Source: Candidatus Sericytochromatia bacterium (GTDB taxonomy: Bacteria > Cyanobacteriota > Sericytochromatia > S15B-MN24 > JAQBPE01). From it: a stretch of 64,000 bases of DNA. The stretch covers positions 160,001-224,000 of the forward strand of contig JAYKHR010000045.1 in the NCBI GenBank assembly GCA_035285125.1, written 5' to 3'. The position numbers were made by a program, and so were the translations under genes. Positions within the stretch are counted from its first letter, which is position 1. Each line of letters begins with the position of its first letter. The notes under the pieces were generated by a model that worked only from the letters and a program-made list of their open reading frames with translations, searched no databases and had not been told where the DNA came from. This document shows positions 54,203-63,586 of this stretch, in pieces.

Positions 54203-55042
54203 TCAGCCCTCGTCGTCGCCGCCGAACATGCCGCCGAGCAGCGCCCCTGCCCCACCGAGCAGCGCCCCGCCCACGGCGGCCTCGGGGCTCGTGGGGGCCG
54301 CGGCCGCCGCGCCCTGCGGCTTCGGCAGCAGGCTGTACACCCAGTTCGAGAAGGCCTCCGGGTTGCGCGTCTGCAGCCAGACGGTGCCCGGGCCCGTGAA
54401 CTTCATGACCAGGCCCTCGCCCGTCGTCACGGAGTTGAGGCCGCGCTTCAGGAAGCCGCCCTGCTCGGAGGCCATCCCGACGTCCATCGCCATGCCCTCC
54501 TCGTAGGCCACGAGGTGCCCCGAGTCGACGGTGTAGCGCTCGCCGGGCTGCAGCTTTTTCTCGTGGATGGCGCCGAAGGAGGTCAGGAACACGGGGCCGC
54601 GCCCCGAGACCTTCAGGAAGAACAGGCTCTCGCCGCCGACGAGGTTCTTGATGCCGCCGCCGAGGTCGATCTTGGTGTCCACCTCCACCGTCATGGCGCT
54701 CGCGAGGTAGGATCCGGCCTGCACCAGCAGGGCGCGGCCGTCGAGGGGCATCGCCACGATGTCGCCGGGGGTGCTGGGGGCCAGCGTGACCTCGCCGGGG
54801 GCCTGATCGGCCCGCACCGTCGTCACGAAGAAGCTCTCGCCGCCGAGCACCTTGCGCTTCAGCGCACCGAAGGCCGAGCCGAGCAGGCCCTTGTTCTCGC
54901 TGCCGCCGTTCATCTTGGCCTCGAGCACGAGGTCCGACGACATGCTCACCATCGCGCCCGACTCGCAGCGGATCTCCTCGCCGCGTTCGAGGTGCACGAC
55001 GGCCAGCGAGTAGGACGGTTGGTAGGCGATCTCGTAACGCAT
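54203..55042 (-). CDS. AIM24/TIGR00266 family protein
   Basis: ESGAMVSMS, GGESFF, GGESLF, VDSGHLVA, GEGLVMKFTGPG.V.LQTR. AGGAG RBS. Confidence 0.92.
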   Translation of the reverse strand: MRYEIAYQPSYSLAVVHLERGEEIRCESGAMVSMSSDLVLEAKMNGGSENKGLLGSAFGALKRKVLGGESFFVTTVRADQAPGEVTLAPSTPGDIVAMPLDGRALLVQAGSYLASAMTVEVDTKIDLGGGIKNLVGGESLFFLKVSGRGPVFLTSFGAIHEKKLQPGERYTVDSGHLVAYEEGMAMDVGMASEQGGFLKRGLNSVTTGEGLVMKFTGPGTVWLQTRNPEAFSNWVYSLLPKPQGAAAAAPTSPEAAVGGALLGGAGALLGGMFGGDDEG

Positions 55043-55124
55043 GGCACGCTCCTTTGGATGCAGGCAACGGTGCCATTCTAGGAGGCCGGGGGGTGGCGCG
55101 CAACCTCGCGTGCCGCCCGCCTGA

Positions 55125-55622
55125 TCACTCGAAGTAGGCCGTCGGCACCTCGGGCCCCGGGCGCCACGTCACGGGGCGCAGCAGCAGCCCACCCCCGATG
55201 CCGTGCGTCCGCCACCCCAGCAGCGGCAGGCCATGCAGCGTGCTCCAGGGGTGACGCCGGAGCCGCATCGTGATGGCGGGCAGCCCGTCGCCTGCGTCCA
55301 CCACCAGGCGGTAGGGGGCCTCCGGGAAGCGCTGGTCGATCGCGAGGCCGGCCTCCTGCAGCCGCGCGTGGCGCTCGGGCACGATCGCGCCCCCCTCGAC
55401 GGCCGCCGCGAGGCCAGCCGCGAAGGCGCGCAACACCTCGCCCTCCGCCTCGTCCCGCAGCAGGGGCGAGCCCGCCAGCGCCACGAAGCCGAGGCGCACG
55501 CGCACCTGGCGCAGCGCCTCGTCGAGGCGCTCGCCGGCAGGCCGCACCGGTGCGGCGCCCGCGGCGGCCTGCAGCGCCAGCGTCAGCCCGATCCACCAGC
55601 CGAGCAGCCTGCCTGGGGCCAT
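55125..55622 (-). CDS. Exported hypothetical protein
   Basis: Signal-like N-terminus. Starts 3 bp after the upstream stop. Confidence 0.55.
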   Translation of the reverse strand: MAPGRLLGWWIGLTLALQAAAGAAPVRPAGERLDEALRQVRVRLGFVALAGSPLLRDEAEGEVLRAFAAGLAAAVEGGAIVPERHARLQEAGLAIDQRFPEAPYRLVVDAGDGLPAITMRLRRHPWSTLHGLPLLGWRTHGIGGGLLLRPVTWRPGPEVPTAYFE

Positions 55623-55625
55623 CGC

Positions 55626-55955
55626 TCAGCCCCCCTGCAGCCGCTTGCGCATGGCCTGGTAGTCCTCCCAGGCCGACGGCCCCCCCCCGAGGACCGCCTC
55701 GTCCGACACCTCCTTGAGGCGCTCGGCCAGGTGGCGCTCCAGCTTGGGAGCCTTGGGGCGCGGGGGGTTCGGTGCCGGGCGGCCCCCCCCGCGCGTGAAG
55801 CGGTCCGTGGTGTCTCGCCCGGCCAGGTGCTCCGGCAGCTCGACCTCCGGCGCGGGCTGTGGCGCAGCTGGCCGGGGCCGCCGCGTCACCTCCAGGTGGT
55901 CGCGCACCTCGCCCAGGGCGGCCCGCAGGTGGGGCTCCAGCTCGTCCTCGCTCAC
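55626..55955 (-). CDS. Hypothetical protein
   Basis: GGAGG RBS. GTGA overlap with the YkgJ-family stop. Confidence 0.6.
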   Translation of the reverse strand: MSEDELEPHLRAALGEVRDHLEVTRRPRPAAPQPAPEVELPEHLAGRDTTDRFTRGGGRPAPNPPRPKAPKLERHLAERLKEVSDEAVLGGGPSAWEDYQAMRKRLQGG

Positions 55956-56233
55956 CGTGCCTCCCCCGGGCCCACGCCCGCCTCCAGCCCGTAGATGGCC
56001 AGGTAGCGGTCCACCCGCGCCTGCAGCGTCGGCAGCGGGGCGACCTCCAGGCAGACCCAGTCGGGCTGGTAGCCCCGGCACACCGCCGGCCGCGACTCGT
56101 AGATGGTGCACAGGCAGTCCGCCCCCAGGTGGCGGCAGCGCTCGCCGAGCGCCTTGCCCAGGGTGCTGATGTCGGGCGCGACGCAGCACGCCCCGCAGGC
56201 CAGACAGTCCAGCTTCGCCTCGCTGGCCGTCAC
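55952..56233 (-). CDS. YkgJ family Cys-cluster (CxxCxxCC) protein
   Basis: CLACGACC...CRHL..CTIYESRPAVCRGY. Confidence 0.88.
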   Translation of the reverse strand: MTASEAKLDCLACGACCVAPDISTLGKALGERCRHLGADCLCTIYESRPAVCRGYQPDWVCLEVAPLPTLQARVDRYLAIYGLEAGVGPGEAR

Positions 56234-58323
56234 TCCCCCCCCTCGATGAGCTGGGGCTGGCCCCCGCCCGTCAGCGGGGTGGGCTCTTCACGGGGTGCGG
56301 CCTCCGTCGGCGGCGGCGGCACCGGCGTCGGCTCCAGCGTGGGCAGGGGCTCGGCCAGCGGCGACCCCTGCAGCACGGGCAGCTCCGGCTGGGCCTCGGT
56401 GGGCGGTGGCGTCGGCGTGGCGAAGGTTGGCTCCACGGGCAGGCTGCCTGCGGGATCGGCCGAGGCACTGGCGGTGGCCTCCGGGTCGGCGGCCGCGGCC
56501 ATGGCCAGGCCCCGGACCGGCAGGCCCCGGTGGGCCGCGCGCATGAAGCGAGACCAGAGAGGGGCCGCGAGCTGGCCGCCGGTGGCCGTGCGGCCCAGGC
56601 GCGAGTTGTCGTCGTTGCCCAGCCACACGACGCAGGCGAGGTCGGGGGTGTAGCCCGCGAACCACGTGTCGCGGTTCTCGCTGGTCGTGCCCGTCTTGCC
56701 GCCCGCCGGGCGACCGATGTTGGCGCCGGCCCCCGTGCCGTAGGTGACGACGCCCGCGAGGCAGCGGTGCAGGGACGCCACGGCATCCGCCGGGAACACG
56801 GGGGCCCCGCTCGTCATCGTCTGTTCGATCAGCTGCCCCGCCTGGTCTTCGACCCGCGAGATGAGGTGCGGCTCCGCGTAGGTGCCGTCCGCAGCCAGCG
56901 TGGCGTAGGCCCCCGCGAGCTCCAGCGGGGTCACCTCGGCCGACCCCAGCGCCACCGAGAGCTCTGGCGGCAACGGGCTGGTGATGCCCGCGAGGCGGGC
57001 CGTCTTGATCACCTCGTCGATGCCGACCTGGTACGCGACGCGGACGGCCGGGACGTTGTACGAGAAGGCCAGCGCGCGCTCGTAGGACACGCTGCCGTGG
57101 AAGCGGTGGTCGTAGTTCAGGGGCTTGTAGCCGTCGAAGTTCGCCGGGGCGTCCTCGACCATGGAGGCGGGCCCGAAGCCCTTCACGAAGGCGGCCAGGT
57201 ACACGAAAGGCTTGAACGTGGAGCCCGGCTGGCGGTGGGCCTGAACGGCGCGGTTGAACTGGCTGGCGTCGTAGCTGGTGCCGCCCACGAGCGCCCGCAC
57301 CGCCCCGGTGCCGGGCTCGACCGCCACCAGGGCCCCCTGGCCGACCTTGAAGCCGCGGGCGCTCGCCACGCCGGTGCGGATCAGCCGCTCGGCCTCCTCC
57401 TGAAGCCCGAGGTCCATCGTGGTATGGATGCGCAGCGCCCCGCGTTCGACGAGGTCGCGCCCGAGCCGCTCCGTCAGGAGGCTCAGCACGTGGCTCGTGA
57501 AGTACGGGGCGCGGTAGGCGTAGTCCGGCGTGTTCGCGAAGCGCAGCTTTCGCGCGGCGGCCTTCTCGGCCTCGGCGGGGTCGAGGTAGCGGGCGTCGAC
57601 CATCCGCTGCAGCACCACCTTGCGCCACTGCTCGGCCACCTCCGGCTTGCGGTAGGGCGACCGGTACTCGGGCGCCGGCAGCAGCGCGGCCAGCTGGGCA
57701 GCCTCTGCGACCTCGAGATCCCTCGCCTTTTTGCCGAAGTATTTACGGGTGGCTGACTCGACCCCGTAGGCACCATGACCGAAATACACCTGGTTGAGAT
57801 ACATCTCGAGGATCTTGCGCTTGGGCAAGGTGCGCTCCAACTGCAGGGCCAGCCACATGTCGGCGACCTTGCGGCTGACGGTGCGGTCCGCGCTCAGGAA
57901 CAGGTTCTTGGCGAGCTGCTGCGTGATGGTGCTGCCGCCGCCCCGCTCGCCGCGCGTGAAGAGCGCCCTGGCGAGGCCCCTGGGGTCGAGCCCGTGGTGG
58001 TCGTAGAAGCGGATGTCCTCGGCAGCGATCACGGCCTGCTGGACGGCCGGGGCGATCTCGTCGAGCGGCACGATCTCACGGTTCTCGCCGTTTTGCAGGC
58101 TGGCGACCACCCGCCCGTGGCGATCAAAGATGGTGGTGGCGCCCGTGGGCCGGGCCGCGAGCAGGCGCTCGACGGGGGGGATGTGCCACACCATGAACCC
58201 CACGCCGGTGGCGAGGCCTGCCACGCTCGTGGCGCCGAGCAATGCGGCCGCGAGGAGCCAGCGCTTGAGGCGGGAAGGCCCCCGGCGCGAGGGCGGTTGG
58301 CGGCGTCGAGAGGTTCGCGGCAT
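56230..58323 (-). CDS. Class A penicillin-binding protein (PBP1A family)
   Basis: Transglycosylase EDIRF, GGSTITQQLAKN, KILEMYLN. Transpeptidase QPGSTFK, SYN, GKTGT. Confidence 0.96.
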   Translation of the reverse strand: MPRTSRRRQPPSRRGPSRLKRWLLAAALLGATSVAGLATGVGFMVWHIPPVERLLAARPTGATTIFDRHGRVVASLQNGENREIVPLDEIAPAVQQAVIAAEDIRFYDHHGLDPRGLARALFTRGERGGGSTITQQLAKNLFLSADRTVSRKVADMWLALQLERTLPKRKILEMYLNQVYFGHGAYGVESATRKYFGKKARDLEVAEAAQLAALLPAPEYRSPYRKPEVAEQWRKVVLQRMVDARYLDPAEAEKAAARKLRFANTPDYAYRAPYFTSHVLSLLTERLGRDLVERGALRIHTTMDLGLQEEAERLIRTGVASARGFKVGQGALVAVEPGTGAVRALVGGTSYDASQFNRAVQAHRQPGSTFKPFVYLAAFVKGFGPASMVEDAPANFDGYKPLNYDHRFHGSVSYERALAFSYNVPAVRVAYQVGIDEVIKTARLAGITSPLPPELSVALGSAEVTPLELAGAYATLAADGTYAEPHLISRVEDQAGQLIEQTMTSGAPVFPADAVASLHRCLAGVVTYGTGAGANIGRPAGGKTGTTSENRDTWFAGYTPDLACVVWLGNDDNSRLGRTATGGQLAAPLWSRFMRAAHRGLPVRGLAMAAAADPEATASASADPAGSLPVEPTFATPTPPPTEAQPELPVLQGSPLAEPLPTLEPTPVPPPPTEAAPREEPTPLTGGGQPQLIEGGE

Positions 58324-58496
58324 CTGAGTCGTGGCCCGCGCGGGCGCGCGGCAAGGGGGGGAGGCCCGCCATTATACCCGATGCGGTTCCGGCAGGCCTG
58401 CCAGGCGGCGTCGGGCCGCCGTTGGCGCCGCAACCGATCACCGATCACCGATCCGCGGCGCTGCGCGGGGTATGGATCAAGTCAGGCTTGCGGAAC

Positions 58497-59336
58497 ATGA
58501 GGAAAACCTGGATCTCTCGCCAAGCGGCGCTGGTGGCCGCCTGTCTCGCCGTCGTGCTCGCCGCTGGGCCAGCGGCGGCCGAGGCCCCCATGTGCGTGAT
58601 GTGCGGCAAGGAAATCGGCCCTGGCCGCTACGTGCAGGACCAGTGGCGGGCCAACTTCCACCTCCAGCACCAGAACGCCCCGCGCTGCTACTACTGCGCG
58701 CGGGCCATCTCGCCCTTCAACACGGGGGGGGGCGTGCGCTACCCCGGCGGCCGGGAGGTGTGCAACGTGTGCCACCAGACGGCCATCACCGACCAGGGCC
58801 AGGCTGAGGCCGCCATGGAGCGGGTCCGGGCCCGCATGACCGCCTGGGGGCTGAGCTTCGACTACGGCCAGATCCCGGTGCGGCTCGTGGAGCAGGGCAC
58901 GCTCAACGCGATGTACGGCCGCGGCAACGCGATGCATGACGGCAACATCAACGGCCTCACGACCAAGCGCTGGACCAAGGACGACAAGGGCCGCGTGCTG
59001 GCCCGCGAGGTCACCATATCCATGCTGCGCGGGCTGCCGCTCGAGGTCTACGAGAAGACGATGGCCCATGAGCTCATGCACGCCTGGATGTTCCTCGACC
59101 GCCAGCCCGAGCACGATCCGGCCCTCGAAGAGGGCGTGTGCAACCTGGCGGCCTACTACGTGCTGCAGGAGAACGACAACGAGCTCGCCGACTTCACGCG
59201 CGAGGCGATGTGGCGCTCCCGTGACCCGGTCTACGGCGGCGGCCTGCGGCGCGCCATCGCCTTCGTGCGGCGCCACGAGTTCCCTGGCCTCGTGAAGATG
59301 CTGCGTGATCACCGGGACTTCCCGCCGGGGTTCTGA
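58497..59336 (+). CDS. Exported DA1-like zinc peptidase with LIM-like Cys/His region
   Basis: Signal peptide, CxxC..H.H..CxxC...CxxC, then GLT, I.ML.GLP, AHELMHAWM, EEGVCNL and DPVYGGG.R. Confidence 0.85.
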   Translation: MRKTWISRQAALVAACLAVVLAAGPAAAEAPMCVMCGKEIGPGRYVQDQWRANFHLQHQNAPRCYYCARAISPFNTGGGVRYPGGREVCNVCHQTAITDQGQAEAAMERVRARMTAWGLSFDYGQIPVRLVEQGTLNAMYGRGNAMHDGNINGLTTKRWTKDDKGRVLAREVTISMLRGLPLEVYEKTMAHELMHAWMFLDRQPEHDPALEEGVCNLAAYYVLQENDNELADFTREAMWRSRDPVYGGGLRRAIAFVRRHEFPGLVKMLRDHRDFPPGF

Positions 59337-59529
59337 GCCGGCCCTGCTCCCTCGGTCGGCTGGATCAAAGCGCCTGCGACGGCGATAATGGCTTGGCCGG
59401 CAACCTCCCGCAAGGCGCGGGTGGGAACGCTCCCCCCTCTGGCCGGCTCGGCGCGCTGAGCGGCTTTTGAGCAGGCCTTCACGCCTCGCCACACCACGCC
59501 ACGACCTCAGCCCCCTGACTCCATTGCCC

Positions 59530-60789
59530 ATGACCACCCCCCCGCTCGTCGACACCCTGCTCGTCAACATCGGCGAGCTGTGCACCCTCGCCGGCCCCGC
59601 CGCGCCGCGGCGCGGCGCGGCGCTGCGCGAGGTCGGCACGCTCGCCGACGCGGCGATCGCCCTCGCGGACGAGCGCATCGCCTGGCTCGGCCCCTCCCGC
59701 GACGCCGCCTCGGCCGTCACGCTCAAGCCTGACGGCCTGCTGCTCGACGCCGGGGGCCTCACGGTGACGCCGGGCCTGGTGGACCCCCACACCCACCTCG
59801 TGTTCGGCGGCAGCCGCGCCGACGAGTTTGCGCGCCGCCTCGAGGGCGTCAGCTACGCCGAGATCCTCGCGGCGGGGGGCGGCATCCACCACACCGTCTC
59901 CCACACCCGCGCCGCCACCCGCGAGGCGCTCGTGGCGTCGGGGCGGGCCCGCCTCGCGAGGATGCAGGCCAACGGCACCACCACGCTGGAGGCCAAGAGC
60001 GGCTACGGCCTCGACCTGGAGACGGAGCTCAAGCAGCTCGAGGCCATCGCCGAGCTCGCCGCCGAGGGCCCCCTGGAGCTCGTGCCGACCTTCATGGGGG
60101 CGCACGCCGTGCCCCCTGGAGAGGACGCCGACGCCTTCGCAGACCGCGTCGCCACGCAGATGATCCCCGTCGTCGCGGCCCGCCAGCTTGCACGCTACGT
60201 GGATGTGTTCTGCGAGCAGGGCGTGTTCTCGCCGGCCCAGACCGAGCGCATCTTCGCCGCGGCGCGCGCCCACGGCCTGGGGCTGCGGCTGCATGCCGAC
60301 GAGCTGTCCGACCTGGGGGGCGGCGCGCTGGCCGCCCGCTGGGGGGCCGCCTCGGCGGACCACCTGCTGTGCACGGGCCCTGACTCCATCGCCGCGCTCG
60401 CGGCCTCCGACACCGTGGCTGTCATGCTGCCTGGCACGCCGTTCTTCCTCGGCATGAGCGAGCGGGCCCCGGCGCGGCGCCTGATCGACGCCGGGGTGGC
60501 GCTGGCCCTTGGGACGGACTTCAACCCGGGCTCGTGCTACTCGGAGTCGATGCCCATGATGATGACGCTGGCCTGCCTGCACCTGCGGCTCACGCCCTCC
60601 GAGGCCCTCACGTGCGCCACCTTCAACGCGGCCCATGCGCTGGGGCTCGCGGACCGCATCGGCAGCCTGGAGGTGGGCAAGCAGGCGGACCTCGTGGTGT
60701 GGGACATGCCAAGCCACCACCACCTGGCCTACCACTTCGGCGTCACCCTGGCCCGGCATGTCATCAAGAAGGGGCGGCTGTTGCCGTGA
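59530..60789 (+). CDS. hutI: Imidazolonepropionase
   Basis: PGLVDPHTHLVFGGSR..EF, GGGI..TV, EAKSGYGL, DVFCEQG, HADEL and TDFNPGS. Confidence 0.96.
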   Translation: MTTPPLVDTLLVNIGELCTLAGPAAPRRGAALREVGTLADAAIALADERIAWLGPSRDAASAVTLKPDGLLLDAGGLTVTPGLVDPHTHLVFGGSRADEFARRLEGVSYAEILAAGGGIHHTVSHTRAATREALVASGRARLARMQANGTTTLEAKSGYGLDLETELKQLEAIAELAAEGPLELVPTFMGAHAVPPGEDADAFADRVATQMIPVVAARQLARYVDVFCEQGVFSPAQTERIFAAARAHGLGLRLHADELSDLGGGALAARWGAASADHLLCTGPDSIAALAASDTVAVMLPGTPFFLGMSERAPARRLIDAGVALALGTDFNPGSCYSESMPMMMTLACLHLRLTPSEALTCATFNAAHALGLADRIGSLEVGKQADLVVWDMPSHHHLAYHFGVTLARHVIKKGRLLP

Positions 60790-62819
60790 GCCTCACCCAC
60801 CACCTCGCCTCCGCTGGCCTGGCGGCGCTGCTGGCGCTGCCCGTGCCCCTGGGGCTCGCGTCCCCCCCGCCGGCCGAGCCGGTCCCCGCGGCCTCGGCTG
60901 TCCCGCTGGCCGTCACGGAGGCCAGCGTGGCGCTGGAGCTGCTGGCAGGCGCGCGGCGGCTGAGGGGCGAGGCGCGCCTGCGGGTGCCGGCTGGCCCCGG
61001 GGGCCTCACGGAGGTGCTGCTGCACCCTGGCCTCGTGCCGACGCGCCTGGCGCTGGCCGGGCGCCCCCTCGCCTGGCGCAGAGAGGGCGCCAGGCTCCTG
61101 CTCGCGCTGCCTGCGGCGTTTCCCGGCGGGGTGCTGGAGGTGGCCTGGGCCGGGCGCCCGCACCTGACAGGTCCCGCGGGCCTGCGCCAGGACGTGGAGC
61201 CCCGCCTGGCGCTGCTGCGCCCCGGCGGGGGCTGGTGGCCGAGCCCGCCCGAGGCGGCCCCGCGCCTGGCGCTCACCCTCACGCTGCCGGAGGGCTGGCG
61301 CGCGATCGCCGTCTGCCCGCGTGCCGAGTTCCGCCGCGAGGGGCGCGTGGCCCGCCTGTCGGCCGCCGAGCGCGAGCCCGTGGGGCTCGTGGCTGGCCCC
61401 CTCGTGCCCCTGGTGCGGGCCGGGCTGCCCGGCTGGGGCCCGCCCGGGGCCCCCGGCGAGGAGCGCCCCGCCCTGCCGACGGCCTTGCGCGCGCGCGGGC
61501 TCGTGCCCCGCCCGGGCCTGCGCTGGCTCGAACTGCCCGCGGGCTACGCCCCGGTGGCCTGCGAGGGGGTCTCGGCCGCGCCCCGCGCGCCTGGCCCGGC
61601 GAGCGCCCGGGCGGCGGCCCTGGCCCTCGCCCCGCAGGGCGACTTCGCCGAGGCGCCCGAGCGGGCCTGGCTGGTGGAGAGCCTCGCCTGGCACCTGGCC
61701 GCCACCAGCGAGCGCGGCCCTGGCCCCGCGCCGCAGGCCCCGGACCTCGCGCGGGACTACGCGGCCTCCATCGACGAGGCCGGGGCCCGTGACGTCCCGC
61801 TGCGGGAGGCGCTGAGCGCCGCACCGTCGGTGCGCGAGGCCGTCGTCGGCACCAAGGGCGGGCTCGCCTGGGGGCTGCTGCGATCGGCCCTCGGCGAGGA
61901 GGCCTTCTGGGCGCTCGTGAAGGCGTGGCACGCCGAGCTGCGCGCCGGGCGAGGCGGCTGGGAGGCCTTCGCCGCGCTCGCGCCGCAGCCTGTCGGCTGG
62001 CTCTCCTCGTGGCTCAACGAGCGGGGGCTGCCGGCGCTGGGCTTCGAGGGCGTGCGCGTCGAGCAGGCCGAGGGGCAGTGGCGCGTCATGGGGACGCTGG
62101 CGCACCGCGTGGGCCTGCTCGGCGTGCCCACTGACCTCGTGCTGATCACCGAGGAGGGCGCCGAGCGGGTGCCCTTCCGAACCTTCGAGGCCCGCATGCC
62201 GTTCACCTTCGTGACCCGGAGCCGCCCCCTGCGCCTGGTGCTGGACCCGGCCGACCGGGCCCCCCTCGTTCGCCGCCGGCACCTGCGCATCCGGGACGCC
62301 GCCGAGCAGCCGAACGCCGTCGTCGTGCAGGGCAGCCAGGGCGACGCGGCCCTGAACGAGGCGATGCGGCAGGCGGCCGAGCAACTCGCGCGGCGCCTGG
62401 CCGGCCCGGGCGGCCAGCCCAGGGCGGTGCGCCGCGACACCGAGTTGACGGCCGAGGAGCGCGCGGGCGCCCTCATCCTGGTGGGCCGCCCGGGCGTCCA
62501 TGCCCTGGCCAGCGAGTGGGCCGACCAGCTGCCCGTCCGCTTCTCGGCGGCCGGTGCCGCGGGCCTCGATGGGAAGCTGCTCTGGTGGCAGGGGCGCACC
62601 TGGACACGCCCGGAGGTCGGCGTCGTCGCCGCGATCGCCAACCCGCTCGCGCCTGAGCAGCAGGTGCTGCTGGTGGCCGGCCTGTCGCCCCGCGCCCAGC
62701 TGGAGGCCCTGAGGCACCTCCGCCGGACGTCCACCTTCTGCATCTTCGACGAGCGTGGGCCGACCGAAGAGGGGGAGGCCCTGCGTCCGTTCCCCGACCT
62801 CGAAGTACCGCTCTACTGA
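60786..62819 (+). CDS. Exported M1-aminopeptidase-like protein lacking the HExxH motif
   Basis: GTGA overlap with hutI. M1-like landmarks (WWP, WLVESLA, KG....LR..LGEEAF, WLNERGLP, LDP) but no HExxH. Confidence 0.6.
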   Translation: MSLTHHLASAGLAALLALPVPLGLASPPPAEPVPAASAVPLAVTEASVALELLAGARRLRGEARLRVPAGPGGLTEVLLHPGLVPTRLALAGRPLAWRREGARLLLALPAAFPGGVLEVAWAGRPHLTGPAGLRQDVEPRLALLRPGGGWWPSPPEAAPRLALTLTLPEGWRAIAVCPRAEFRREGRVARLSAAEREPVGLVAGPLVPLVRAGLPGWGPPGAPGEERPALPTALRARGLVPRPGLRWLELPAGYAPVACEGVSAAPRAPGPASARAAALALAPQGDFAEAPERAWLVESLAWHLAATSERGPGPAPQAPDLARDYAASIDEAGARDVPLREALSAAPSVREAVVGTKGGLAWGLLRSALGEEAFWALVKAWHAELRAGRGGWEAFAALAPQPVGWLSSWLNERGLPALGFEGVRVEQAEGQWRVMGTLAHRVGLLGVPTDLVLITEEGAERVPFRTFEARMPFTFVTRSRPLRLVLDPADRAPLVRRRHLRIRDAAEQPNAVVVQGSQGDAALNEAMRQAAEQLARRLAGPGGQPRAVRRDTELTAEERAGALILVGRPGVHALASEWADQLPVRFSAAGAAGLDGKLLWWQGRTWTRPEVGVVAAIANPLAPEQQVLLVAGLSPRAQLEALRHLRRTSTFCIFDERGPTEEGEALRPFPDLEVPLY

Positions 62820-62872
62820 CGGCAGCCAGGGGGCTCAGCGAACCTCTGCGAGGCGGGACCGAGGCGCTGGCG

Positions 62873-63562
62873 TCAAGACGGCGGGGTTGCGGGCGTCGGC
62901 GTCGCCTGGAGCGCGGGGTCTTCCTTGGCCACCACGGCCTTGAGGATCTTGTCGCCGATCTGAAGGCTTCGCACCACGTCCATGCCCGTCACGACCTGGC
63001 CGAACACGGTGTACGACTCGTCCAGGTAGGGTGCGTCGTTGGTGGTGATGAACATCTGGCTGTCACCCGAGTTGGGGTCTGCGCCGTGGGCGAGCCCCAC
63101 CGTCCCTGCCAGGTACCGCACCGTCTGGCCCTTGAACTCTGGCGGAATGGTCTTGCCGGAGCCGCCCCCCTTCCCCACGTCGGGGTGCGAGGCTGGCAGG
63201 GTGCGCGTCTTGGGGTTGCCGAACTGCACCACCGTCTGCGACACGAGCCGGTGCACCAGCAGCCCGTTGTAGAAGCCGCTGCGCGTCAGCCTGACGATCT
63301 GCTCCACGGTGCGCGGGGCTTCCCGCGGAAACGTCACGAAGGTGAAGCTGCCGCGGCTGGTCTCGAAGCTCAGGCGCGCCCCCAGGTGAAGCAGGTGCCC
63401 CGCGTTCTCTTCCATGTCGGCGATCGAGGCGCCGGGGAACCGGTCCGCCGGCGCCGGCGTGGACCGCGCCTTGCCGCCCATCGCAAGCGCATCGGGGGCT
63501 CCGAGCGCCAGGCTGCAGGTCAGGAGCGACCATGCGAGGGTGGAAGTGATACACGTGCGCAT
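62873..63562 (-). CDS. Exported cyclophilin-type peptidyl-prolyl isomerase
   Basis: APRTV..GFYNGL..HR, GTVGLA, SGDSQMFI, LD..YTVFGQV..GMDVV. Signal peptide. Confidence 0.93.
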   Translation of the reverse strand: MRTCITSTLAWSLLTCSLALGAPDALAMGGKARSTPAPADRFPGASIADMEENAGHLLHLGARLSFETSRGSFTFVTFPREAPRTVEQIVRLTRSGFYNGLLVHRLVSQTVVQFGNPKTRTLPASHPDVGKGGGSGKTIPPEFKGQTVRYLAGTVGLAHGADPNSGDSQMFITTNDAPYLDESYTVFGQVVTGMDVVRSLQIGDKILKAVVAKEDPALQATPTPATPPS

Positions 63563-63586
63563 GAGGCGGCATTGTAGCAGCCAGCT

